Shown here: in pieces, positions 27,015 to 36,114 of the stretch
Numbering within the stretch: the first letter of the stretch is position 1
Layout of the letters: every line of letters starts with the position of its first letter
Assembly (NCBI GenBank): GCA_963719425.1
Contig: OY970382.1
Span: forward strand, 522,880 to 586,879
DNA from: an uncultured bacterium
GTDB lineage: Bacteria; Patescibacteriota; Minisyncoccia; UBA6257; 2-01-FULL-56-20
DNA length: 64,000 nt
Direction: 5' to 3'
Notes under the pieces: model-generated
Database searches by the model: none
What the model was told of the DNA's origin: nothing
The model's input: only the letters and a program-made list of their open reading frames with translations
Translations under genes and position numbers: made by a program

Positions 27015-27524
27015 ATGGGCTCCATGAGGATGCCCTGGCCCAAGAAAGTCCTAATAAAAAAGATCGGGGAGATCCTGAAGGACGGCGTTACTTACGTACT
27101 CATCGTCCTTGCATTCCTGCTCTGGCGCTTCGCCTTCGGAAATAAGTTCAAATGGGTAGAGATAAGCCCCCTGGCGCCACCTAGCATCTTTATCCGCTCG
27201 TTCTACAGCGCATTTACGTTCCTAACGCTAGGGGCACTCCTCTACGTGGCGAAATTTTATAAAGTTCTACACGACATCCTTGTGAAGGGCTTTGGACTCT
27301 GGGGCTTGTATAACGCCGTCAAGGCCGTCGTCTGGCTTATTTTGATGTTCATATCTTACGAATATGTCGTCCCGGCCATTTTTGCCGTTTTCAACACGAG
27401 TGCTACGATCCTCTACAACGTCATGGCGATCGTTTTGTATGTCGCCCCTCCGCTTGGCATTGCCATCATCCTGATCGCCGCCTATGGCCTCATTAAATAT
27501 AAATGGTTGAGCGCCAAAAGCTGA
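27015..27524 (+). CDS. Integral membrane protein (169 aa)
   Basis: Four to five hydrophobic helices with no motif. Confidence 0.4.
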   Translation: MGSMRMPWPKKVLIKKIGEILKDGVTYVLIVLAFLLWRFAFGNKFKWVEISPLAPPSIFIRSFYSAFTFLTLGALLYVAKFYKVLHDILVKGFGLWGLYNAVKAVVWLILMFISYEYVVPAIFAVFNTSATILYNVMAIVLYVAPPLGIAIILIAAYGLIKYKWLSAKS

Positions 27525-27533
27525 GGAAAATCG

Positions 27534-28652
27534 CTATAGACCAACCGAGTTAGCCCCATACTCTGCTTGTGCTTGCGTGAATTTGTCGTACTCCAACTGT
27601 GCAATGAGACTGCCGCGTGAAAAAGCGGAATACGACATGTACTGTTGCGCCGCTTTAGCCGCTTCGTCATTCCAGTTGGCTCCAGAATTATCTGCGCCAT
27701 AAACTGCTTGAGATTGTGTAAATTGATCGTGCACCAATTGAGCAACCAGCCCATCGTGAGAAAATGCCGTGTAGCTCAAATAAGATTGTGCCGCCTTAAT
27801 CGCCTGTGCGTTCCAGTCGGCGCCAACGTTATCCGCACCGTAAACCGCGTCAGACTGTGAGAATTGATCGTGCACCAATTGAGCAACCAACCCATCATGA
27901 GAAAATGCTGTGTAGTTTAAGTAAGACTGCGCCGCCCTAACCGCGTTCTGTTGGCTAACCGTTTCGTTTGATGCGGCTGATGTATTTTGACTGTTTGTTT
28001 GTTCAACTTGGGTCGGCGGCGGACTAGAAACGGTAATTATTCCGCTGCAAACCTGATTCATCGATTGGCTTCCCGAAACGATCTTCACGCTTGCACCCTT
28101 CGTACCCGTGGTCGAATACGTGAGCGACGTTGATTTTCCAGTACCGGATAGTCCGTCTGTTCCAGACCAAGAATACGAGTAACTACCGGTTCCTCCGGAG
28201 GCCTGAACTACCCATATCCCCGTCTGACCAGTGGTGAGGGTACTTTGTGCAGGAGAACATGTCGCGGAAATCGCCGGTGTCGGTGTCGGCTGTGGAGCAG
28301 TTGTTTGAGTCGTTTGATTTGGTGCAGCCGCATCGGTAACCGTTTTATTAGGCGTTGGCGTTTGCTGCGGAACGTTGGTGACTACAGGAGCCGAGGTGGT
28401 TGCAGTAGTTGACGCCGAAGGAACTGTTGCCGATTCGTTCGCGACTTGCTGGTTGGAATTTTCTACTGGGGAATTGCTTGTGGGGGTAGATGGGCTCGTG
28501 ACACCGATCAAAATAAAGAAAACTATTATTGCGCCGCCGAAAAGGAATCCGGCTTCCCTGCGGGATCGGAGCTTCAAAGACGAGGGCTTGCTAAGGCCCA
28601 CGATAAAACCAGCGATTGAAACGAGTAAGAGAAGGAAGAATAGACTGGTCAT
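27534..28652 (-). CDS. Membrane-anchored S/T-rich protein with three tandem Ltp-family-like repeats (host cell surface-exposed lipoprotein / superinfection-exclusion type)
   Basis: Three copies of AAQSYL-YTAFS-DGLVAQLVHDQF-QS-AVYGAD, matching the Ltp repeat pattern (SYL.YS.FSR.GL..QL.FD.F...A.YAV). N-terminal TM helix. Confidence 0.5.
   Translation of the reverse strand: MTSLFFLLLLVSIAGFIVGLSKPSSLKLRSRREAGFLFGGAIIVFFILIGVTSPSTPTSNSPVENSNQQVANESATVPSASTTATTSAPVVTNVPQQTPTPNKTVTDAAAPNQTTQTTAPQPTPTPAISATCSPAQSTLTTGQTGIWVVQASGGTGSYSYSWSGTDGLSGTGKSTSLTYSTTGTKGASVKIVSGSQSMNQVCSGIITVSSPPPTQVEQTNSQNTSAASNETVSQQNAVRAAQSYLNYTAFSHDGLVAQLVHDQFSQSDAVYGADNVGADWNAQAIKAAQSYLSYTAFSHDGLVAQLVHDQFTQSQAVYGADNSGANWNDEAAKAAQQYMSYSAFSRGSLIAQLEYDKFTQAQAEYGANSVGL
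27560..27960. repeat. Three ~123-bp tandem DNA repeats encoding the Ltp-like repeats
   Basis: Direct nucleotide-level repetition visible in the sequence. Confidence 0.7.
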
Positions 28653-28799
28653 TTCCTTATGGGTTCAGTGTACTATTCCATAATGAAGTTGCAAATCGGT
28701 TTGGTGTATTCCTAGGGGGCATATGACGTCCGCTCGCCGACGGTCTTAGCGGCAAGTTCCGCCAAATTGCGCCGTTCCATCATTCTTTCCTCAATGATG

Positions 28800-28865
28800 C
28801 AGGTTCGTACAGCCACTAAGCCGCCGGAGCACCTAGGAAAAGTATCGGGGAGACCGAGAGGTATC
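28800..28865. repeat. Junction motif copy a (..gGTTCgtacAgCCActaaGCCGCCGGAGCACCTAGGAAAAGTATCGGGGAGACCGAGAGGTATCG)
   Basis: Shares GCCGCCGGAGCACCTA..AAAAGT.TCGG..GAC..AGA.GG.TAT with copy d. Confidence 0.55.
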
Positions 28866-28932
28866 GCTTGATGTAACTAATTTTTTCCGTTACACTGTTG
28901 CTCGGAACGCAGTTATTTCAAGGAGGAGTACA

Positions 28933-29208
28933 ATGGCGAAGCCAATGAATCTAGGCAGCGGCGCTAATGCCGTGATTCTAAACGAACTCAGGAGGAAGGG
29001 AGGCACCGCCCGTTTGAATCTCAAGGTGCTTTCAGCCCAATCCAGCTTTAAACATGGGACTGTCAGCCATGCTCTCCATCGTTTGCAGAGAGAGGGGTTT
29101 GTCAAAATTGAAGAAGAGGGGGCCGGGTTGCGCTCACCCTTGGTCAGCCTCTGCTACCAGAACATTAATCTCCTGCCCTGCACAATCTCTACCCTGGGGC
29201 AGACGTAA
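28933..29208 (+). CDS. Small hypothetical protein, possibly winged-helix DNA-binding
   Basis: 91 aa with an HTH-like VSHALHRLQREGFV. Weak. Confidence 0.3.
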   Translation: MAKPMNLGSGANAVILNELRRKGGTARLNLKVLSAQSSFKHGTVSHALHRLQREGFVKIEEEGAGLRSPLVSLCYQNINLLPCTISTLGQT

Positions 29209-29282
29209 GCGTCTTTCACGCTTGACTTTTGCCCCTCCCACCTAAGATTGGCAACAAAAGTTGATAGTTTTAGGTGAGACAG

Positions 29283-29326
29283 GAGGTTCTCACGTCGTCC
29301 AGTCGCCGGAGCGGAGAATATCGCGG
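29283..29326. repeat. Junction motif copy b (GAGGTTCTCACGTCGTCCAGTCGCCGGAGCGGAGAATATCGCGG)
   Basis: Core GGTTCTC.C.TCGTCCAG.CGCCGGAGCGGA shared with copies d, e and f. Confidence 0.55.
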
Positions 29327-29330
29327 TAAT

Positions 29331-29702
29331 CTATTTGTCTTTATCGTCTCTGCGCACTTCGTTGGCGCCCACCTGGTTCCAATCGTGACGCCAGCGGCGC
29401 TTTTCCTCCAGGAGTTCGGCGGTGGGATTTTGAGCCCACCAACCGCCATCGGATCCCTTAAAGACAATGACATCCTTTTCCAAAACATCCGCAGGGAGGC
29501 CGTGGATATTTCTCTCTTCATCGATGATTATCGGCCAGAAAAGATGTCCTTTCAGGCTATCAACTTCTTTTGGTGTTAGCCTTCGCTTCGCCAGAACATC
29601 AAATACCTCGGAGACCTCGCCAGCATACACTTCTTTATCGGTTTCCCTGGCGTCGCCCTCGTTTGGGAGGGATTCGCTTGGCACCTCGGCGACGTTTTTC
29701 AC
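29331..29702 (-). CDS. Hypothetical protein (123 aa)
   Basis: ORF only. Confidence 0.35.
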   Translation of the reverse strand: MKNVAEVPSESLPNEGDARETDKEVYAGEVSEVFDVLAKRRLTPKEVDSLKGHLFWPIIIDEERNIHGLPADVLEKDVIVFKGSDGGWWAQNPTAELLEEKRRWRHDWNQVGANEVRRDDKDK

Positions 29703-29751
29703 ATTATCATTATAGCCTTAGTTCAATTAATTGTGCATTAGAGAGGTTCTA

Positions 29752-29784
29752 ACGAAGCGGAGAGATGAAATAATCAATAAACAG
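29752..29784. repeat. Junction motif copy c (degenerate: GAGGTTCTAACGAAGCGGAGAGATGAAATAATC)
   Basis: Matches the 5' and 3' ends of copy f. Confidence 0.4.
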
Positions 29785-29922
29785 GCGCTATTCCATACTT
29801 ACAGTAGGTTCGAACAGTTTCTACGATTCGGAGCGGATTTGACTTATCTATGATACATGTGATATAACATGCTCGGATGTTTTGAATTGGCGGCTATGCC
29901 TTAAAACAGCAGGAGGTGATAC

Positions 29923-30501
29923 TTGAGACCCTTCTTTTCCTATCTTGGCGGTGCCGTTGTTTTCCTCGTTTCGCTCTGGTACGCCTGGCGAATCTGGAGA
30001 AAGCGCGTCGAGCCTCAAAACTCGGCAAGTTGGCTGATGTGGGCCGTTATAGATGCCACCGTTCTGGCGTGTACAATCGCTGCGTACAAACCAATGTGGT
30101 TGCCTCTTGGCTACATGGTTGGTGCCTCGACTATCACTCTAGCCCTCTTTATTCGAGGCACATGGCAATGGTCCGAGAAAGAAACATTCTGTGCAGTTGG
30201 CGCAGCGGTCGCCGTAGCAATTTGGCTGACGTGGAGTGCTGCGTATGGCATCCTCGCAGGAGTCGTCGCAATGACACTTGCAGGAACACCGCTTTACGTC
30301 GATCTCATCCGGAATCCAATCCGCAAGACCTGGCCAGTGTGGTTTTTCACGGCAGTGGCCTGTGTATGTACCCTTCTTGGTTCCGATTGGAGCTTCGCAG
30401 GGACGACGCTTGCCTGGGGCGGTCTCGCTTTCAACGGGAGCCTTACGCTGGTCGTGCTGCGACCCAACCGAAGAGGTCAACAGTGTCACAAAATAAATTA
30501 A
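29923..30501 (+). CDS. Integral membrane protein (192 aa, ~6 TM)
   Basis: Hydrophobic ORF. Confidence 0.45.
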   Translation: MRPFFSYLGGAVVFLVSLWYAWRIWRKRVEPQNSASWLMWAVIDATVLACTIAAYKPMWLPLGYMVGASTITLALFIRGTWQWSEKETFCAVGAAVAVAIWLTWSAAYGILAGVVAMTLAGTPLYVDLIRNPIRKTWPVWFFTAVACVCTLLGSDWSFAGTTLAWGGLAFNGSLTLVVLRPNRRGQQCHKIN

Positions 30502-30580
30502 CCTAGCCCGATCCACAAAAGGAGGTTTGATCGGGCCCAGTCCTAAGGTTGTAATTGAATTATAATTTCAGGACTGCAGA

Positions 30581-30646
30581 TGGGTTCTCCCATCGTCCAG
30601 CCGCCGGAGCACCTAACAAAAGTTTCGGACGGACCAAGATGGGTAT
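30581..30646. repeat. Junction motif copy d (GGGTTCTCCCATCGTCCAGCCGCCGGAGCACCTAACAAAAGTTTCGGACGGACCAAGATGGGTATA)
   Basis: Best-preserved copy. Lies 65 bp upstream of the 30711 start. Confidence 0.6.
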
Positions 30647-30710
30647 AGTTCCAATGGTCGAATTAGTTCAAATCCAAGCCGTGAGTCAAAGTGTTTGATA
30701 TAATTCAATT

Positions 30711-31487
30711 ATGGAGTCCTCGCCCAGCCCGGAACCAAAAGCGGCAATCCCCAAACCAGAACATTTCCCAAACCACCTCAAAGAAGGTGTTCCCGCAATC
30801 ATGGCTTGCATCGGAACCCCCGATGATTTCAGAGAAAGTCCCGGCCTTGAGAAATTCGTCTTTCGAAAAACCTCGTTTATGGATATTCCGGGGGCTTACA
30901 ATGTAGACTATTCCGGGCCTCACCGCCTCTTGGTAGAACAAAATTTCAAAAATCCCGAAACCGGATCCTATGTCATATCTCCGATTGACGATTTTAATAA
31001 GTTTTCTCAAACATTCCATGATTGCACGGGGTTGGTGGTCGCCGGTTATGACAAAAAGACTGGTCAAAACATATCCTTTTTGAGCCATCAAGATCCAAAA
31101 TATTTTTCGGAAACTAAAGCCAATCGGGACACTCTCATATCCGACCTGAGGGAACGCCTACTGGAGCTAAAGGAAAGGTGCCGCGAGGGAACTATTGATG
31201 CGGCAATCTTCGGAGGGAAGTATCTGAAACCGGTCAATTCGGAAAATTCTCGATTATACCAGAAAAACTATCTTGACTCCATCAAACTTTTAGCGGATGA
31301 GACGAAAAAAGTCCTCGGCTTCGAACCGATTGTAATGACCGGTCCGAAGAAAGCAAGGTATGGAGCAGATGATGTTTTTTATGACAATGAACACAGAAGG
31401 CTTTATATCGCGAGACCTGAGGTTGGCGACAGTTCAACGCAAAGTTTTACTCCGAGTGCCATAGAAGACCAAGAGAAAAAGTGGTAG
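30711..31487 (+). CDS. Hypothetical protein (258 aa)
   Basis: ORF only. Confidence 0.45.
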   Translation: MESSPSPEPKAAIPKPEHFPNHLKEGVPAIMACIGTPDDFRESPGLEKFVFRKTSFMDIPGAYNVDYSGPHRLLVEQNFKNPETGSYVISPIDDFNKFSQTFHDCTGLVVAGYDKKTGQNISFLSHQDPKYFSETKANRDTLISDLRERLLELKERCREGTIDAAIFGGKYLKPVNSENSRLYQKNYLDSIKLLADETKKVLGFEPIVMTGPKKARYGADDVFYDNEHRRLYIARPEVGDSSTQSFTPSAIEDQEKKW

Positions 31488-31524
31488 TTAACCACCGAGA
31501 AGCGTCCCAGTTCTACCCTGACCC

Positions 31525-31568
31525 CAGCACAATTGAGGTTCTCCCATCCTCCAGCCGCCGGAGCGGAT
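31525..31568. repeat. Junction motif copy e (GAGGTTCTCCCATCCTCCAGCCGCCGGAGCGGATTATGG)
   Basis: Lies 20 bp upstream of the 31586 start. Confidence 0.6.
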
Positions 31569-31585
31569 TATGGTAAACTGATGCC

Positions 31586-32029
31586 ATGATTTTTGCCCAT
31601 CTTATTGTAGGGGCAATGCCGGTTGATGAGGCTCAGTTTTCCTGGTTTTGGTTTGTAGGCTCAATTATTCCCGACATCGATCACGTGTTGGTCCTCGCGC
31701 ATCGTAGAATTTTCGCATGGGATAAGATTGTTGATAGTTTGCGGCACGAGGAACAATACGGCATCCGGTTCAAAACAAAATACTTCCATTCACTGTTTGG
31801 AGCTCTTATCGTTTCTGCCCTAGTAACTTTTTTCAACCTTACGGGAGGCATATACTTCTTTTTGGCGTATCTGTTCCATCTTCTTCTTGATTGGCCAGAT
31901 AGAGATGTAAAACAATACCTGTATCCCTTCAAGAAAGAATTTCGAGGATTCTTGCCTATCTTTTCCAAAACAGAGCAAGCACTTACGGGCATTCTGTTCC
32001 TTTTAATGCTCCTGTTATACAGGTTCTAA
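31586..32029 (+). CDS. Membrane-bound metal-dependent hydrolase-like protein (YdjM/DUF457-like)
   Basis: IIPDIDHV ... HLLLDWPD histidine/aspartate motifs in a multi-TM protein. Moderate to weak. Confidence 0.4.
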   Translation: MIFAHLIVGAMPVDEAQFSWFWFVGSIIPDIDHVLVLAHRRIFAWDKIVDSLRHEEQYGIRFKTKYFHSLFGALIVSALVTFFNLTGGIYFFLAYLFHLLLDWPDRDVKQYLYPFKKEFRGFLPIFSKTEQALTGILFLLMLLLYRF

Positions 32030-32067
32030 CGTCGTCCACGCTTCGGAGCGGAGATGAGATAATCAGG
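32022..32067. repeat. Junction motif copy f (CAGGTTCTAACGTCGTCCACGCTTCGGAGCGGAGATGAGATAATC), overlapping the stop codon of the 31586 gene
   Basis: The motif begins within the final codons ...YRF* (tac agg ttc taa). Confidence 0.55.
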
Positions 32068-32143
32068 GATTTTAGCTTCTTGCGGTAGCAAAGCGTGGCA
32101 ACTCGCCGTTTTCTTTTTACTGATTCCGCGATACTATGAGCAT

Positions 32144-33445
32144 ATGAAGCCGCCCTACATTATGCGGGACATTGTGCGTCCCAAGCCCGTCGTGAGATCC
32201 AACGGCAGGAAGTTCGTTCAAGCGGTTTTTAAATTATTCGGCGCAAAGATCCCCTTTTTTATTTGGCTCGTCATCATCTTTGCCGAAACGGTTGGCGCGG
32301 TGAGAATCGCGAAGGTGTCTCAACCCGACGTGGTGACGAACGTTCCCCAAGCGGCGATTATGGTGCAAAACGTCGTCGCGCCTCCCACTTCTATCTCTAC
32401 TTCCTCTACTTCTACCGCTATTTCTACTTCTACTGTTTCCACTTCTACCGCGGCCACCATAAGGTTTGGATCATTGCCCGTAGTCAAGGTGCCTCCCTTC
32501 AAAGCAACAAGTACGGCAGTATCCAGTAGAAAAACCGCCACCCAACCGAGCCAGCCAAAGTCAGCACCAATGCCAACAGTAGTTACTGCGAGGTCGCTCT
32601 TGGACGCCACCACGCTTTCCGTGAGCGAGGAGCGTGACGATCCCTATAAAGCTACATTCGTAACAGACGCAGGCACCTACGGCAAGATAACATGGAGTCT
32701 GGACGATGCCACGCTCACCGCGAGTGATTCCATGCCGAGTTTCTCCATTTCTTTCTCTTGCAATCCGTCACCCAACATACCGGATCCCAGCGCACTTGAC
32801 CAGAATCCGACGTTCAACGTAAGGACTTCCTATACCTGCACTATAGATTTCGCTCCTGCTTCCGGGAGTGACCAGCGAACACAATCCAAGCAATTCTCTT
32901 TCACGACCGGCGCCGGGCAACTCATTATTACACCGCCGTCGTCCATGAATACTTTGCTTAATAACAACACAAACTTTGGAGGATTTACTTTCAGGAATGA
33001 CGATACCCAACCGATCACTATTACCGGCTTGGATATTGATGTTTCGTATAAGGGCTTAAATATCGCAAATACCCCTTTGGTTTTGAGGGTTGAAAATCCC
33101 GTGAGCGGAGCCTCGCTCGCCGATTACCATCTGGAAAATCTGGCGGCAGATCCGTCCTCTTCTTATGCGTATGCCGGAACGGACATTCACATCCCGCTTT
33201 CCTTCACGCTCGGCGCCGCAAGCCAGAAGATGCTTCCCGTTGATATTTTGGGGGTGCAGAGATTGAACATCTACGGGGTTAATCCAACTATCGCCGTCAC
33301 GTTGCGTGGGGTAACGACAAATCAAAGCGCGAACAAAATAGTGCTCAGCTCCCCTACCATTTCGTGGTCATGCGTCGTTCCCCTTGGCGCGTACGATCCC
33401 AATGCGACCAGCGGCCCCTATGCAACCGGTCAGGCGTGTCAGTAG
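32144..33445 (+). CDS. Secreted/membrane-anchored S/T-rich hypothetical protein (433 aa)
   Basis: N-terminal TM helix and an STSTAISTSTVSTSTAAT linker. Confidence 0.45.
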   Translation: MKPPYIMRDIVRPKPVVRSNGRKFVQAVFKLFGAKIPFFIWLVIIFAETVGAVRIAKVSQPDVVTNVPQAAIMVQNVVAPPTSISTSSTSTAISTSTVSTSTAATIRFGSLPVVKVPPFKATSTAVSSRKTATQPSQPKSAPMPTVVTARSLLDATTLSVSEERDDPYKATFVTDAGTYGKITWSLDDATLTASDSMPSFSISFSCNPSPNIPDPSALDQNPTFNVRTSYTCTIDFAPASGSDQRTQSKQFSFTTGAGQLIITPPSSMNTLLNNNTNFGGFTFRNDDTQPITITGLDIDVSYKGLNIANTPLVLRVENPVSGASLADYHLENLAADPSSSYAYAGTDIHIPLSFTLGAASQKMLPVDILGVQRLNIYGVNPTIAVTLRGVTTNQSANKIVLSSPTISWSCVVPLGAYDPNATSGPYATGQACQ

Positions 33446-33466
33446 CAACCCCGGATGGAGAACCCA

Positions 33467-33862
33467 TTAGTCCGCGTTCAACCTCTCATACACTTCACCG
33501 GCCAATTTTCTGAACAACGCCCGCTTTCTCCAGAAAAAATTGCTCTCGGAAAACTCCTGATTCCGGATCCGACCTAGGTCCCGGACGTTCATGTAGCGCG
33601 CATGTCCAAGATCCTTATTGGTTTTCACACCGGCATCCTCCAGCCCCTGATAAATTTGCCGCAGATAACCGTATTTGGTCGGGATATTGAGCTCGCGGCT
33701 GATCTTTGTGCGGTACGTAAGGCCGTCGGAAAAGGCCGGATTCAATTCAATATATTTAATGAAACCGTGGATGGCCTCAAAGAGGCCGAATCCCTCGGGC
33801 GCTTGTAAAACCTTTTGAAATTTCTTATCCAGATCAAGTTTTGTCTTTTTAAGGAGTTTCAT
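33467..33862 (-). CDS. Hypothetical protein (131 aa)
   Basis: ORF only. Confidence 0.4.
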   Translation of the reverse strand: MKLLKKTKLDLDKKFQKVLQAPEGFGLFEAIHGFIKYIELNPAFSDGLTYRTKISRELNIPTKYGYLRQIYQGLEDAGVKTNKDLGHARYMNVRDLGRIRNQEFSESNFFWRKRALFRKLAGEVYERLNAD

Positions 33863-33969
33863 ACTGGTATATAAAGACTAACACGTTCCAGATCAAAAAG
33901 CCACCGAGTCCCCTCCATGGTGGCTTTCCAGAAGAAGGCCGCAGATAGTACGCCCGGGCTGGCGCACGC

Positions 33970-34386
33970 TTACATAAATCCCAAGTACAGCAAAACCAAG
34001 CCCAGAATAAAGGCAACAATCCCCCCGAACACGAGCACGACGTCTGTATTGCACTTTCGGTACAGCGAGATGGCGGGGCCGGGAAGCAGGAGGAGGTAAG
34101 CCCCCTTTATGAGCGTGAGCCATCCGAGGATCGTGACGAGCAAGGGCAGTCCTGAGGTCCAGACATTATTCATCACAATGAGCACGGCGCCCATGGTCAA
34201 AATGAGAAAGCCCCACAACCACAAGAATCCTCGGTCCTGCGTTACCTTTTCAAGAGCAGCAGCCACATTCCTTCTATCGAAGACCACCGATATGCCCATT
34301 ACCGCGATAACAATCCCCAGTACTTGAGTAATAGCGACGGAAACGTTCATATATTTATGTTGGTGATATAAAACCGACCTTTCCAT
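33970..34386 (-). CDS. Integral membrane protein (138 aa)
   Basis: Four hydrophobic helices. Confidence 0.4.
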   Translation of the reverse strand: MERSVLYHQHKYMNVSVAITQVLGIVIAVMGISVVFDRRNVAAALEKVTQDRGFLWLWGFLILTMGAVLIVMNNVWTSGLPLLVTILGWLTLIKGAYLLLLPGPAISLYRKCNTDVVLVFGGIVAFILGLVLLYLGFM

Positions 34387-34542
34387 TATTATAACGCTAT
34401 TGAGGGCGAGAATATCGGCATTCAGGAATTTTGCGGCTTCCAGCGGTTCTGGTTCCTGCCGCCGGTACGGGTTTGTGATCTCGGCTTGGGCAAAAGAAAA
34501 AAGCGCCCTGAGAAGGCACTTTCTTCTTTTGGAACAAGACTC

Positions 34543-34854
34543 TTACATCTTTCCTTCGTGCTTTGCCCAACAACCGCAGGATCTCTTGCCCAGCTTCACG
34601 CATCCCACGATGATAACGAGGATCGGCCAGATGACGTTGACAAACCCCCACGTGAGGATGCCGAGCGCCCCGAGCAGGAAATCCAACCCGAAAAGGATGA
34701 CGAGAATCGGCATAGCCTTATGGCACCCGCACCCGCACGTCTTCCCGCCCATTTTTACACCGTTATTTTCCATGATACGTAGTTTGGAGTATACCGACCT
34801 TTCGCTGACTATGTGTTCCATTTCATTATACCTCGTCCAGCTGTCGGTAATCAA
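34543..34854 (-). CDS. Small Cys-rich membrane protein (CGCGCH ... CGCW motifs)
   Basis: Short ORF. The start is uncertain. Confidence 0.3.
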   Translation of the reverse strand: MITDSWTRYNEMEHIVSERSVYSKLRIMENNGVKMGGKTCGCGCHKAMPILVILFGLDFLLGALGILTWGFVNVIWPILVIIVGCVKLGKRSCGCWAKHEGKM

Positions 34855-34872
34855 TCTCTCACGCGTTACCTA

Positions 34873-35331
34873 TCAGCCCTGCTGTTCCGCCATTGACATA
34901 AGCTGCTTCACCAAGTCCTCTTTGGAAAATCGCTCGTAGTTTACGGCAATGCTGCCGTCACTCACGTAGGTGATTCTATCTCCGAAGACAATCAGGGTGA
35001 TCCGTAACTTTTCGAAATTGCTGCGCCCAATCCGCTTGGCCGTTTCCTCGAATGCATCAATAAGTTTCCACAACTGATACTGCTCCTTATCTTTGCCTCG
35101 GGAGATGAACCCAGCGAAATCCACATTGGGATAGCGGATTACCAATTGCTCAAGGCTTGAGATAGTCGAGACTGCGCTGTGAGGATCTTGCCCCGTGGCC
35201 GACGCGTCACGAGCCAACATCTTCTTAAGGTACTCCATGACAAGCTCTTGCTGGGCACGGGGAAGAGAAGAGAGTTTTGTCATAACCTCTTCGAAAACGA
35301 TTCCCCTATCTTCATGGTATGGAGAACTCAC
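34873..35331 (-). CDS. Hypothetical protein (152 aa)
   Basis: ORF only. Confidence 0.4.
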   Translation of the reverse strand: MSSPYHEDRGIVFEEVMTKLSSLPRAQQELVMEYLKKMLARDASATGQDPHSAVSTISSLEQLVIRYPNVDFAGFISRGKDKEQYQLWKLIDAFEETAKRIGRSNFEKLRITLIVFGDRITYVSDGSIAVNYERFSKEDLVKQLMSMAEQQG

Positions 35332-35406
35332 CTTTGCAGTATACTCCAGGCTCTCACATCGTCCAACGCCGGATCCCTCTCGAATTCGAAATGATATTGG
35401 AGCTTT

Positions 35407-36018
35407 TTATAGCGCCGCCAATATTTCTTTTGTTTTCCGCACAAGGCCAATGCGTGGAAATGTTTTGGTGATAGTGAACGTATGCTCTTCAGCCGACATG
35501 GCGGACATGGCATCTTCCGCAAAGATCTGCTGATACCCGTATTCATACGCGAACCGCGCGGTGCTCTCAACACCGATGTTTGTTGATATGCCGCACAGCA
35601 CCACGGTGGTTATGCCGCGCCGTCTGAATTCCAAATCAAGCCCCGTGCCGTAGAAAGCGCCCCATTGATGCTTCGTGATCACGAAATCACCCTGCTTCGG
35701 TCCCATCTGGGGAACGATTTCCGCCCAATCCGGCGGAAAAGGTTGCGCGGGCACTGGCCTCGCCACATCAGCGATGGGATGCAACGCGTCTTTTCCATCC
35801 GGAGACGGGGTGACCCGCACCAGAAATACCGGCATGCCGTTCTTTCTGAAGGCCTCGGCAAGCGCAGCCGCATTTTTTACGACGGTTGCGGACGCATATG
35901 GCACGGTTTGCCGCCCCGCGATACCTTTTTGGAGATCAATGACGACCAACGCCGTCTTTGATCTATCAATGGATAGGTTGCTCATCTCTGTTATATTACC
36001 ACTTTCGGGTAGAACCAC
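35407..36018 (-). CDS. Isochorismatase-family cysteine hydrolase
   Basis: ALVVIDLQKG, FLVRV, TTVVLCGISTNIGVEST (catalytic Cys region). Confidence 0.7.
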   Translation of the reverse strand: MVLPESGNITEMSNLSIDRSKTALVVIDLQKGIAGRQTVPYASATVVKNAAALAEAFRKNGMPVFLVRVTPSPDGKDALHPIADVARPVPAQPFPPDWAEIVPQMGPKQGDFVITKHQWGAFYGTGLDLEFRRRGITTVVLCGISTNIGVESTARFAYEYGYQQIFAEDAMSAMSAEEHTFTITKTFPRIGLVRKTKEILAAL

Positions 36019-36114
36019 GCACTAAGCATGGATATAAGCAGCGTGACAACGGCAAGCATGCCGACATCATAACCACCGACAGGGGCCACGATGAGAACGT
36101 GTCTTATTGTTGTT

